Source: Candidatus Poribacteria bacterium (GTDB lineage Bacteria; Poribacteria; WGA-4E; UBA9662). From it: 64,000 nucleotides of DNA. A program made the position numbers and the translations under genes. Where the stretch lies: positions 1 to 64,000 of the forward strand of contig JAYZAL010000100.1 in the NCBI GenBank assembly GCA_036339735.1. Direction: 5' to 3'. Below, in pieces: positions 23,801 through 33,600 of the stretch; position 1 is the stretch's first letter; every line of letters begins with the position of its first letter. A model generated the notes under the pieces. That model saw only the letters and a program-made list of their open reading frames with translations, was not told the DNA's origin and did no database searches.

Positions 23801-24361
23801 CCAGTTGAAACTGATCAGTTTAAAATCAGCTTGAAGAACGTCAACACCGGTACTATCCATACTGGGTCAGTAATCGATAATCAGTTTAAACTGACTCTCG
23901 TCGATGCTGTTTCAGCCAAAGTAGCTAGTGTGGGCGATGTTCTGGAGATCAGCGTTGAAACCGGTAATCAGCAGTATGGGGTTGAAACCCAACGCCATAC
24001 CGTCAGTCAAACTGATGTTACGTCGAGTTTGCTGAGTTTACCGGAATTGGTAACTTACGAGATTCCAGCTGAAACCGCACTGTTGGCCAACTATCCTAAC
24101 CCGTTTAACCCGGAGACTTGGGTACCATTCAGGTTAGCCGTTGACAGTGATGTTCAACTGACCATCTATAATTCTTCTGGTAACATGGTGCGTCAGATTG
24201 ACATTGGCTTCAAAACAGCCGCAGTCTACGAGACAAAAGACCGAGCCATTTACTGGGATGGTCGAAATGCATCTGGTGAAATGGTAGCCAGTGGTGTTTA
24301 TTTCTACACACTGGAAGCGGGTGATTATGTCAGTACTCGTAAGATGTTGATTCTGAAATAA
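11885..24361 (+). CDS. Giant secreted repeat protein (about 4158 aa) with a C-terminal T9SS type A-like / FlgD-Ig sorting domain
   Basis: GGAGG RBS at 11870-11874 before ATG 11885, which opens a signal peptide (MRSAASLFSKFNLFRTLCLLLAISVTGLASA-AP); ORF track start 11732. Repetitive G/T/A/V/D-rich beta-type body; C-terminus LLANYPNPFNPETWVPF...YWDGRNASGEMVASGVYFYTL...RKMLILK. Confidence 0.9.
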   Translation: MRSAASLFSKFNLFRTLCLLLAISVTGLASAAPIARIASNDYTAGSTGQYVVIQIDDVEAGQQIYVAQPVRTPADNYTQIVAGISAVVGGGTLVNDTYDFDGNPGTALEQCVSFIVDANTTSVKFTYGPASIGIDNSDPRPEFRIAIKKGGAVVAMDASDRPDLYILAAGSGTASIVDDAANDAAPDRKVAAGASGVNLTLTYTKVVSTLNGGQLQVIVPDGWTAPTADNFKVEDIADANANGTDDTKANTGALSFSGQAVTIPVSGDTFNNNFVFKYSGAIAPMTVGNNEFAVKVKGPKFMEELTRIADMTNVTIATTGVGNGDAAGSFALTVNDSSPGQVTAISQGNSFVITFTAAGTLDGGRMEIGLPSTHFSAFDNKAGEPGYTTVSSTGTVTAVFGAKADSGFSGNGLGIEISKLRKDETVTVNYGYTSGPSGVTVDAKTTGFRSFPVSINSSGKVTGAANEKVSENKEPTFEVLAASGSGTLTVQKQVGDAARGNDVAATVVNAGDAITLYFNYEAAGKIKNGSLLINLDPNWQTADSDSKDADGNFTGNVSVVNKSGGAELGAISGVGHQITVPLTFMKAGQAFDVKYVITAPIEKIDETTFTFSMASVDYEALTEIKSPRGTGSPHKIKVTQAKDGSGVLSTPAADDSDKYTVTAGSTGNNYDVVYTAAGRMDKGRLIFQVPTNFPTPVKDKDGNISVSVVSSSGGVSIAGQPTFDDADKVGDNWYKGYFAITTMAGTSTVTFRYTGGARDVINTIDTTQAAAADKLVVYSKGSDLNADNTGAGDVQVVGGKVTVETTFAADGTGVAKFVDGNSGTADEKDTLTSKVKTLLTPAGNSLIIRYSPVGQTGFDDTDNDGVKDAGEEGKGELQFVLPPNWTAPQTANAGTAGYIQVKKYNTVSTNYDIGLTDIKIATNTVTVSKVYLASSAEKVEFQYFKPTTSGRAVDTNFDIKHASNGGTLVAVNTLVYNLGGAEDGIGSAMVEIMGKTDDTGTANIDERRTIAAGTSSADIQVTITAEADIINKEIEIIVPARDSDANKTAEFSMGQPQTTNTNGNAYVMPLVAGATLLNGADATFASSIDAATGELRPGVFGQKIQLKVNRLAYSADAATRPKILVQIKNVKIPTANANETYTFTVGSREAAADLNVNTADKKFGQGVDYDAVDAVNKLTVLEVVEAGDVTVNAGNRGDAGRNNDLTFLEDKQSHYHSAFDYGDLTIVVQPVAGEGVAKVGSMQSGNYNPKYITNTAATYNLTLTYEATTEISDVWFDVPAQWTMPDFTGNKVGDVETTPTEGIVSVSLSNGTTANVSISGRGNLTQETAANAANLAKMNQNKVGNVGSIGTNAANTTLLNSVITVPNASKNASPDTTLGAQIRVSANGTSLSGDGTLLAPGEVLYVNIANTKFTGSAATDSIFKTYSNGTALKSGLHPVVSLITSKDGIGRVDDELTTRVTHMTEIKDEFQFVSGTEKADLITPRFQDNEAADQIADRVEYAVGESKTMYFYYGIEKGTFIKDGELQMLVPSGFSAPTVAEADAALDAGNLSAFGGLQSNQANVPGFNNKKQLDVRLLYLSQDGNDNVTVVDAAVHDTEAELTAIGLSDKTDIPISADDITISGNLVKIKLRHMIGNQHFLQVKYHGKAPNLIGYYDRGTNYEGKKTAEVNVNLATFNVTTINGANTITNTPDVELTADAGGNFIDDELEDDVMTGEIYAFQFWSQSGPSSLGHTALTVEKNRVYNETTNQYVTAGQVRVNVSGGSVLNADIALAGVLDGAGTDTDAVDFRKALACEPNMIFHFTYTPKVEISAKYNNVNTNLVLRLPVNKWSRVPNDAANFSVSGSKRIDAVKASIAAVGLGGNGLSSYQDIIIPITTADIKTVKPGETIDIYYGYGDNKITAPMTYGDVNGDGSGAAITVRDFVVGQGNAAGTALDGGDKLKTFSIELGDQSSGAGAAEMYVDANSNMPVIDKTHNGVSKAEYNADGKIVAAVAGDKDYKGLGNATVITIDGDRQQIHAGSKFDAMLKYTSCGTITDGEIRFTIPNGFTAPQVGDSSAAGYVDLFYLDRDGDIDNDGTWDGTEIKAAVNGNTAGYEGVLPVAANGPTLYNWNHLFPVLDTNGRPFADHREGVGAINYEDDGIKGAAGNGRVAGLDIPRAVYDVEYGARKNDSDKDLPASIGLPIVSGQTVSFKVNRLVAGGVLALRYKAAVAPVTRAMGANAAVFGIETRSAYGQGDFVAVSSLQAQSMKLDILNGVGLEDGAGKSSGNITVSPTSVPAGSTNTYTVTYSPYASLSKTVGSLAGGNNDGQLTVVEVSVPQKTVGGNATGWTFPEANNKIDESKVKVTLTGGAAMKDDNKDGIAVTPVRSGALNDYVQIEMVTLEPGQSITVEFQDVVAPPQSTSVQHNSNPQGFRVWVYPKEGAIEAGATKWRGPLAPLTADSDKVTVAPATDGSGVASLGASSHTSYLINAGGAPGNLKFVYTAQAEMAEGAQIALNVDSAWPNPHTDADEDVDNDGTKAADEAGYVAVGGTGAGDVDVTAKTSLDGNQILVTVKTGQSLTQGETIIFEYGNAQLKAPAAPGTSYKFDILSKKKDGTLTSVKDSPLNVYVSGDGTGTGYITLSQTTVRATGTLTTDVTFELAETMAAGQLKVTIPAGWDVPKAVSGDPATTTWRVSSKVVGTVTTATAGKATFDPVNGANETEVVGTFVDNGSDIVFDVPAGAVRGDKLIFTYSGKVQATAGSVSIPAVSKSNVDKVFGSVLPGLTATVQNIVSGEGTAERVGTNPLPSRSKSNVLQFKFTAKGTMDGGAVRLQIPNDFTLPQTTDPNVAGYTTAYSTGSIGNLEITDSAGKKAGEEGVGTLNYVKVPLTTLAPAASVTVVYGSGGADAGVQAQAAPGFASFYFESSGGVEGDVFSRASISNMPVQVTDAPHGSGGLTIPSGDISAGENQAVQLLYTAVGTSYQSMLRVFKPTGTGWADFSATTISVVKPSGSATTRFSTPTYASDGSYLDLPLVYISDSKSVQINYTSTAPNQLQVSSVSASFANTNVADDLLPLSVQPTITVKGAADGSGSVSIASGTLTAGSPAGPIVLTYTTVGPMDKGGITIDVPAAFTAPGQTTISADKGTVSTDGAVITVSDLTLTAGASVKVTYDGSTAQKTAGEAGFVVKSKSGADGVLTELSTSPAKVTVGYAASGTGIISVSPTTVIQGATTEMAFTYTSIGEIQNGSLRISIPEDWGVSTNLKTKSLDQTAFDPNNPTQDRINSAVRSTDGRTVSVSIPQISADTSFTVTYELTAPAAKKDNEFKALFQGGPAAQFIELTDPSDLDKDGETSDNVLIVPTTPAASQIAFKSNPVSMLQGVSSTEIVIETRNDDGGPASPSNDLVVTFTSSSETGVFSLTKDGASQNAVTVAQGSTTGSVYYKDAAGSGTATLTATSSIGTATQAATITDVASKLVLTAKESNYVGDEVTLTVETQDSAGVVATTVSGVAISLALADGETGTITPATINLASGVTAGSAVLTGAAIGSVTVTASATGLTSGTGSLTFNNTVSTVSVSGSPVKAGNAITVTATGKPAAAATFSISGDVATGVTMTESTTEAGTYTGVTETDFSGIADGSYDVTVTIGAGSESKAGSVVVDNTAPSIASAVSDKTSLRNGESLTLTVEAEAGATVTADVSALDTTQAAAVAVAESATAGTYSADITISSDTTAESGDKKIVVTATDLAGNSSTTEVEIALTTYSAFDLVIPKGIGLIHVPLSVTEVNGEKKTIATIADLYDAIGDDKAFLITYDTEAGSWRSYLGANNKGSASDVAITDDLGIITVRTAATDAVTVNLKGNALGTAGASSMTLKKGKNLVGVPVKDSRIATVGELLSLEGVSATSAIVSQEGTFKVLTSLDKGQDSDVAITGGQSFIIVGKEDATVAVSGDAWDNVSAVATAAAMSAVGFEVYSQTPVMAIQGSLNSNGLPVETDQFKISLKNVNTGTIHTGSVIDNQFKLTLVDAVSAKVASVGDVLEISVETGNQQYGVETQRHTVSQTDVTSSLLSLPELVTYEIPAETALLANYPNPFNPETWVPFRLAVDSDVQLTIYNSSGNMVRQIDIGFKTAAVYETKDRAIYWDGRNASGEMVASGVYFYTLEAGDYVSTRKMLILK

Positions 24362-24386
24362 TCAGTAATTACTAATAGAAATTCAG

Positions 24387-24429
24387 AGCTGTTAAGCACC
24401 TGTATTGGTGCTTAACAGCTTTTTTTTTT
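24387..24429 (+). terminator. Rho-independent terminator
   Basis: Perfect 14-bp stem AGCTGTTAAGCACC / GGTGCTTAACAGCT, 6-nt loop, then 9 T. Confidence 0.92.
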
Positions 24430-24473
24430 GGTTCAGATTGTATCGTCTAAGGTTTATAGATTCGATAAATCGC

Positions 24474-24503
24474 TTGCGCAGTTTTGGTCTCGTGTGCTAC
24501 AAT
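24474..24503 (+). promoter_or_regulatory. Putative sigma70 promoter for the 3416-aa protein / barrel / LysM operon
   Basis: TTGCGC 24474-24479, 18 nt, TACAAT 24498-24503 with extended -10 TG; lies just after the terminator. Confidence 0.55.
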
Positions 24504-24655
24504 GGCCGAGTCTTTTTCGTATTCGTACTTAACTTATCTGCTAAAGTTTACAATTCACAAATTTCACTTAGTCTTGGTGCTCAATGATTGACCACACACA
24601 TCAAAACGATATCAAAGTCAATGACGGTCGTTTTTCCTTTTTGGGAGGGAGATGG

Positions 24656-27600
24656 ATGCGAAAACAAAAATGGTTTTGTTTTCTTTTTATAATTACGTTG
24701 ATTTCTGCGCTGCTTCCACAGGTACTACAGGCGCAAGAAACCGACTCTTTTACACTCAACGGTACAGTTCAGAATGTAGATGGTACTGTTGCTGGAGCTG
24801 GTTATTCAGTGGTGACGGAAAACCAACGTGTCAAGTCTGGTTGGCTGACTGAACCCAAAGCCGATACTCGGGCTGATGGGACTTTTACCGTTAGTTTCTT
24901 AGACATATTTGGTCCCAACAGAACTAAAGTTGGTGATCAACTTGTTATCACCATAACTGAGGTCGCATCAGGCAAGATAAAAGGGAAAAAAACCTATACT
25001 GTAACTGCATCGGATGTTGAAAATTTCGAAACCAGTGTGGTAGTTATGTTGTCGGGTATTACAACCGCTTTTAGTCCAGCTGAAGTTTTAGCAGATGGTC
25101 AAGCAACGAGTTCAATTACAGTCACCATCCAAGACGAAGGTGAGCTGGTTATCGATGATACTGTTAGTCTATCTGTAGCCGAAGGGCAGATTGGTGATGT
25201 GGCCAATAACGGTGATGGTACTTACAGTGCAGTTTACACGGCTCCATTCATAGCCGTTGATGGAACAAAGCCTGTTTCAGTTTCGATTAAATCAACTAAA
25301 TTAGATCAGGAAGTTTCTGAGACTCTGATTCTGAAAGAAGTTCCAACTGTTGTCACTTTAATTCCCAACTCCACTTCTTTTACTGCTAGTGAAGGCCTGA
25401 CTTTGCCTGTCAAAGTGACGGTGGTTAGAGGACAACCACTAAGTGGTGAGACGGTTACCATTGAATCTAGTCGGAATGACAATGGTAATGATATCGGCCA
25501 ATTGACTGGCTCGATAGTTGAAACCGATGTGGCCGGTGAGTACAAAGGCACTTTCACTTTACCACAGTCCGTTGGAAAGATTTCTCTGGTGGCCAAAGCG
25601 GCCGGTGCATCCTCCGAAGCTGTTGAACTAACCATTAATGCTGGTCCCGCAGCTAAAATTGACTTGTCGATTAGTCCTGACACGATTTCTAGCCAAGGTA
25701 CCGGTCAAATCACCGCCGTTGTCACTGATGCGGTTGGTAATGGTGTCGGAGGACTGAATCTGTCGGTGGCTGGTGATGGTGGTGGTCAATTTAGTGATGC
25801 CACTGAAACTGCTATTTTTGGAACCTATAATCTGAACTATACGGCTGCGGTAATAGAGTCAGAAGGAATAGAAACTGCGACCGTCACTGTCGCTGATAGC
25901 GACGTTAGTGGACAACTCAAGATTAACCTGACACCAATCCCTCCCAAACAGGTGTCAATGGTAGTCGTGAGTGGTACCACATATAAAAAAGGTGGAACTT
26001 CACCAATTGGTGGATTAAGTATTAATGTCAAAATAGGAGACAAAGAATTATCCACAACTTCTGAACCGAATGGAACATACAGTGTAACAGATTTTAACCC
26101 TGTTGGAATCGTAGCTCAAACGGGTGACCTAGTATCGGTGTCGGTCGTTGATGAGGTTGGGCAAGTTCGTGGGCAGATTGCAGCTTTTGTTTTGGAAGAA
26201 AAGTACCTAGATGCTAGTGAGGTTACAGCAACTATAACCGGGCAAGACGTTACTACAGACATCGGTGCACGGTCCAATGTGTTGGCCCTAGCAGGTACCG
26301 TATTCTTGGAAGATGGCCTGACTGCTGTCGGCGATGGATTAACTGTTTCGATCAATAATTCTGTTCGTGGTAAGAGTGAGGCTGGTAAAACAGACGAGAA
26401 TGGTGCGTATTCTATAACTTTGCTAGACCCATTGGCGGCCGTTGTCGAAACAGATGATGTACTCTCGATTACAATAACTAATTTAGACGGGCAAACTTTT
26501 GAGACCACTCAGACCTTAGCTACCGTCGATGTTGAAGCCGGAAAAGTTGATCCCCTGAATGTTACTACTGATCTACTGGCAGTTGAGAGCCGAATCTTTG
26601 TTATTGATGGTACAGTCTTCTTAGAAGATGGTGCGACCCCAGCGCGTAGTGGTTTGCAAATTCTGGTCAATATTAATGATCAGCAACAAAAAACGGCTAC
26701 CGAAACGGGAGCTGGCTATCAGGTTACTTTTGTAGACGTTTTAGGACAAGGAATCCTAGCCAAAACTGGGGATGAAGTCAAAGTTGAAGTCACGGCTGTT
26801 GATTTAGCAGAAGCCAAAGTCGTTGGCGTACAAACCTCCAATCTAAAAACAGCAGAAATTAAAGCCAAAAGGGCTACGATTGATGTAACTACCGATCTGA
26901 AGGCCGCGACTAAGGTTTTGGCTATTACTGGTATGGTTACCTTGGAAAATGGTCAGGTAGCTGCTCCGTCAGGCATTAAAGTTTCGATCGAAAATACCGG
27001 GATTGCACAATCAACTAATGTCGATTCAGATGCAAGTGGTGGCTACAGTACGACTTTCTTTGACCCTCTGAAAATTGTGGCTGAATCTGGCGACATTCTA
27101 AATATTACTGCTACGGATGCTATGGAAGAGACCTTCCAACTCGCACATACTTTGACTACTGCTGAAGTGAATTCAGGGCAGGCAACTGTTGATTTGTCAA
27201 CTGATTTGCCAGCCAGGACTAGCAGCTTAGTTGTATCTGGTCAGGTCTACTTAGTTGGTGGGGAAGTTAAAGCCCAATCCGGTTTGTCTGTATCTATTTC
27301 TGTTGATGATACAACAGGCACTGCTACAACTGACAGTACTGGTTCATATAGTGTTAGCTTGGGAGATGGAACTGTTTCTATCGCAAAAACCAAGTCAAAA
27401 GTTACCGTAACCATAAATGATGGTAGTGAAGATCGCGGTTCCGAAAGTGAAAGGTTAACAATAGAGCAAGTAGTAGCAGGTCAGTTGAGTATTGATGTCG
27501 CTACTAATTTGAAACAAACTACCAACGTCTTAGCAGTCAGTGGATCAGTTATCCTAGAGGATGGAGTTACATTAGCTGGAGCTGGCCTTGAAGTTTCTGT

Positions 27601-30600
27601 CAAAAACACCTCGACAGGCATTAGCACTAAAGTGATGACAGAGTCTGGTGGTGGATTTGCTGCTACTTTCTTTGATCCATTAAGTGTTGTGGCTGAAACA
27701 GATAATCAAATCGAAGTCAGTGTCGTCGATGTGGATCAATCTACCTACACACAACCTCATGTAATTACCTCCAAAGAGGCGCTAGACGGTCAGGTATCAA
27801 TCGAATTAAAAACTCCTTTCCCTGGTCGAAATACGACCTCCTTGATTTCTGGGACCGTATATCGTGAAGGCGGAGAGATTCTTGCTCCGTCAGGATTAAT
27901 AGTTGTCGCTTCTATAGGTGAAGTCACAGCTGATGCAATAACCACAAACAATGGAACCTATAGTCTTAGTTTGGAAGCATCCTTGCAGACAGGGAGCCAA
28001 ATTTCGTTCGTCGTATCTGATGAGAGTGGACAACGTGGAAACCAAGAACTTTCGTTGTCGACAGTACAGGTCGTAGGAGGTACCGCCCAGTCTGATATAG
28101 AGACTAACATTGGTGCCACCACAGAACTACTCACAATAACTGGACAAATTACAGCTGAAGATGGAAGTGCAGTTGGTTCAGATGTAACGGTTTCAGCTAC
28201 TTTGAGGGAAACAACTCAAACCGTGAGTACTGAGTCTGATGGAACTTATTCGATTGCGTTTGTGAATCTGGTTGGAATCGTAGCTGAAAATGGAGATATG
28301 ATTCGCCTCGTTCTGTCGCAGGCTTCTACTGGAGAGTCAGCCGATATTGGCATTCGACTGAGTACTAAGCAGGTAGTTGATAAATTAGCGGTTGCTAATG
28401 TTCAGTTCAGTGGATTTAACCTGTCAGGTACGATCGTCGAAGCTGATGGGAAATTATTGCAAACTGATTCTGCTGTAGTTATTAATGTGTTGAATACTGC
28501 TTCTGGCCAGGCCGTTCAGGCCAACAGTCAAGGAGGTGGGTATACGGCCCAGTTTACGACAGCTGAAACCAAGCTGTTTACTGTTGGAGACACGTTTGAA
28601 GTTAACGTAACTAGCGTTGCTGATTCGGCAATTATTCTAGGTGCCACAAGTTATGTTTTAGGTGGTGTCGATCTGGAAAATAAAGCAGGAGATACTGGAC
28701 AGATCTCAGTCAATCGGACTACTAGTTATAACATTCAAGGTACAGTGCTGGATAGAAATGGAGATCCTGCCTCAGGAGCTATAGTTACTGCGACATCCCC
28801 GTTGGCTCAGGTATCTGCTAGTACCAATCAGAATGGTAGGTATGCGATCAAGTTTCTTGATTTTGTTACCAACCCAGCTATTGGTGATCGAATCGTGTTA
28901 GTTACTCAGGTTGAAGGTGAATTGGCTAGGCAGACAGTTGTTACCGCATTTGAAACGCCAACTCGTGTTGTGACTGTGGATTCGATTCCAATGAGGTTGG
29001 GTGGTTTGTCCATTAACTCCGGCCAATACCGAGATTTCATCGATCGTTTGGTGGCTAAAGCTATTGAAAAGACCAGCGTAGGTAAATTGTTGGGAGATGG
29101 CCTTATGCCATTAGTTCGGAATGATCCTGATCTGCGTAAACAGATGTCTGGATTATTAAATAGCTTGCTACCTGGTGGCTTGTTGCCTGAGCAGGTACTT
29201 CTTAATCCCGATTTACCGCTTGTGTTTGCCGATCCAGAAAATAAAGACTTAGAAAACTTTGGTAATGGGATTGTACCGTCTCCGTTGTCGGGTTTAATAG
29301 ACGGACTCGGCAAACCTAATATGGGGTTAGCTCCCTACGTTACAAGCGACAAGCTCGATTTATATTTGTCGATTCCAAGTTCCGAAGTGGCTAAAGTTGA
29401 ATTTGAATTGAATGGACCTCAATCAGGCAAAGCCGAAGCTGAAAAAGTTACGGCTGGAGAGAACTTCTCTCACACCTTCCAATTCGAAGAAGAGTTAGCC
29501 GCTGCTTTCCTACCAGCTTACCCAGCCGAGATTGGTGGGCAACTGTTTAGCAGTGTTACATTACGCTATGCTAGCAAGGATTTGCCTGAGCCGAAACTCG
29601 ACGAAGGGCCAAAGACCCTTGAAGAACAAGTCCAAGAAAAAGTGGATCAAGTCCTGTCAAATGTAACCAATATTAGCGATAGTGCCACTGATGTTTTGGG
29701 GGATCTGGCCGAAGTTGAACTGCCAGCTGATCTTCAAGAACAACTAGGAGATATCAGTAAACAACTGGATTCCTTGACATCCGCTGCTTCTGGTGGTGAT
29801 GTCCAAGATTTATTGGAAGATCCTAAGCAGATCGAAGCCGTAAAAGAAAACGTGCAAGACTTTTTAACAGAAGTCACCAGCGCACCTTCTGTGCCTGATG
29901 ACCTCAAAACACAAGTAACTGATTTGGACAAAAGTTTGGAGTCTCTGGATGATGTGTCTAATTTGGCCAGTTTAGCTGGCGGGATGGACTTAAGTGCGTT
30001 ATTCGGTGCGAGATCTCTTAATCGGTTGGTTGGTCCGGTAGCTTATAACCGTTTCGTTGCTCCACCAACTTCTGCTGATTATTCTGGCAGTGCAGCCATG
30101 CAGCCTCGACAAATCGGAGATCAATTCATCTGGGAAACGGCTATCAATATTGAGCCAGCCAAAATTTACTACTATTACTTCGAAGTTGAGTTTGTGAATC
30201 CCATTTCAGTCCAATTTTCTGGCTCGTCGGTCAATACTATTAGTCAGTGGGTAATGCCTGATCTACGAAATATGCAACTTGACGATCGAGGCTTAGTCGA
30301 TCAGTTGCTCACACCAGAAGTCCAAGATACAATGGGGCCGATTTTGGACCCATTGGTGAGTGGTATTATGGGGGGCGGTGGTGCCTCTTTAGAAATTGCA
30401 CCTGCAGATCAAGATAAGCTGATCGCAATCTTAACCCAAAACGCAACAGCCGTATACGAAGATATCCTAACGACTTTGAGTCCAAAATTAGTTTCTATGT
30501 TTGCAACTCCTAAGGTTGCAGGCGACGAAACCTTGTGGGTGGCCAAGTTTGACTTCGATGCTAATGCTGATGGTGATTATCAGTTAGGAGCTGCCGCTTA

Positions 30601-33600
30601 TGATAGCGTCGGTAATACCGTGGATCAGTTAACGCCGAAATCCTTCGTATTAGATCGAACAGCACCAGCCTCAACACTAGAACCAGCTGTGGTTGAAAAT
30701 GTAGGGCATTATATAGCCAACGACGGTACGCACGTAGTTTCGGCTATTAAGCCTGGTAGTATGGGTGTGCTGAATTTACATGCTAGACCTACTAACTCAC
30801 AAGCAGACTTAACTGGCTATCTGTATTATATGAAGAAAGATGACAACGAGCCTACTAGCACTTGGTTTACGTTGCCCGTGCCTGAAGTCGAAGGTCGAGT
30901 TGGGGCTAGTCAGTTGATAGCAGGAGCATTACCCGGACTCGGTTTGGAAAGTATGCTGGGAGCTTTGGATACAGTGCCAGCATCAGTGAATGCACCACAC
31001 CTAATGGATATGGCTGTAAGCTCAGTCGAGCCCGGTAACTATCTAGTTCGTGCGATCGGTGTTGATAGTATTCTCAATTTTGGTGCTAATGCCGTACCTA
31101 CAAAGATTCAGGTTGTTGCTCCGAAAACGGATGTGGCTGAAATTTTTGAACTGATGATTGGAGGGCGCGAAGGGCAGGATACAATTTTCGAGGATACACT
31201 CGACTTGGATCTCAAACTCAAGGTTATTTCTAAAACTTCTCATCCACTATCGTCTATCATTGTTAATCTAGATGGTAACGAAGTTGCTTCCGTTGACAGT
31301 GATGCCTTATTAACTGCTGAGCAAGACAGCTTAATTGATGTTTCTTACACTATTGATGATTATTCTGACTTACTAGCTGCTAAAGATATGGTTTCGCTTA
31401 CCGTTACCACGACTAATGCGCTTGGCCTGTCAGATATTCAAACTGTAGAATTAAAACTGAGTGAGGGACTCTATCCGTCCTTGCCTGAGGTACTCGCGAT
31501 TAAGGTAAGCTCAGACGAGACTAGTATTGATAGTGGTGCTGCCAAGGGGGTAGTATCCGTTGAAACTGCAACATCTGCTCGAACTGTGCCAGATATTTCG
31601 TCTGTTAAAATTGAGATTCGTCGAACAGATGAAACTGAATGGACAACTTTGGATGAGATAAATGAGCCTGTTCGCGAAGGTACTCAGAATAAGTGGAATA
31701 TTAGTCTGGATACGTTGACACTAGACGACACCATCACTGGAGACAGTCCTGCTGCGCGAGACGTTTCTTTAGATGACAATCCTTACATTGTACGAGCTAC
31801 AATAATTGATGTTGATGGTGAGACTTATACATCAGATAAACAAGCGACCTTATCAGTCGATAACGTTGACGATATTGGACCGGTAAGTACAGCTAAAATC
31901 CTCAGTTTATCCGATGCCTATGGAAACTTGGATGTAATAGACGGCACCTATGTGGCTGGCGGCCTTCTAGCTGAAGGTGTGGAATCACCCATAGCATCTG
32001 TGACAGCGTCTGTTACGGCAGACCCAGCTACTTTCGATTCTGTTGGTTTGTTCATCAATGGCGACTTGGTAGTACCTTTGATCGCCGACGATAATGGCGT
32101 CTATAGCACCAGCCTAGATCTTCAGTTGATCGAAAACGGTTCTCAAACTGTCAGTGTTTTAGCTGTAGATGAGGCTGGTAATAGTGAACTGGCAACCGAT
32201 TTATCATCGGTTGTAGTTAGAGTAGAAAACTTTACTCCTCCATTCGCTTCAGGTGGCCAGCCACCGGTTGAAATTCTTAGCATTGACCAACTAAGTGCTG
32301 CTGATGTGGTTGCCGAGTTTCCTAAAGGGTACCCTGTAACTACCAGCTTTGGATTTACTTTGGCTCTGGATGGTGTCAGTGCAGACGAGATTGATGTTTT
32401 AATAGATGGAAAATCTGCGAGAGAGCTTGGCCTACTGATTATAGATGTTGTACAAGCCAACCGGTCTGCGGATCATGAGACTGATAGAACCTTTGCCGTT
32501 TCTCTAGACACCTCTAATTTCCCGGAAGGTTCTTTTGAAGAATTAGAAGGTGTTATTAGCAAGAAAAACGGACAAATTTCTTTCTCACTACCACCAATTA
32601 ACGTTGACAGAACAGCGCCAGTGGTCACATTACTTTCGCCTTTAGCAGGCCATGAAGTTAGTCCATTACCGACGATTTACGCGGCCTACGATGATGGGAC
32701 TATTGGTACTGGGGTCAATATAGCCGAAATTGAACTGATTCACTTGTTGATAGAAGAGTCGTCCATCGAATTAGATAAAGATTTAGTCAGGGCCAGTGAA
32801 ACTCGCGTTGTCATGACTCAAGAAACACCGTTAGATGGTGGTGCCTACCAAGCTACGGTCTACGCAACTGACAAAGCTGGAAACGTTGGTAAATCAACGG
32901 TTGAATTTGTGGTTGAGGGAAGTAAACAACCTGATACAACACCGCCGATTTTAGCTCAAACCAGTCCACAGGGAGTCGTAACTAGCTCTGATGTTACTAT
33001 CTCAGTTTTGGCCTCAGATGAACAATCAGGTATTGCTGGGGTAAACTTAACCTTGGATGGAGAAGAGTTAGGTGAAGGTGCTTCTCGAAGCATAAGCGAT
33101 TTAGAGGACGGTACGCATCAAGTTGTGGCTTTAGTTACCAATGGAGATGGATTGGAAACAAGCTATGAGTGGACTTTCTCTGTGCAAGCTCAAGATACTA
33201 CAGCTCCAGTAATCACCGCAGTTAGCCCACAAGGAATAGTTAAATCCAGTGATGTTAACCTGACAGTACTAGCAATCGATGACCAATCTGGGATAAAAGA
33301 AGTGCTTTTATCAGTGGATGATGGTAAAGCTAGTAAAGGTTCGACATTAGAGTTGAAAGGATTAACACCTGGTATTCACCAAGCCAAGGCTGAAGTTACG
33401 AATGGTGTTGGATTGAGTCAGGTTTATACTTGGACATTTAGTGTTGATATTGACACCTCCGCTCCTATCATTTCTAATCCTCAACCTTCGCCGCAGTCAA
33501 TCGTAGGTGATGCTGGAGGTCAAGAGGTTATCATCTCAGCTAATATTACTGATGAACAATCGGAAATATCAAAAATCACCCTAAGATTAGATGGTAGTGC

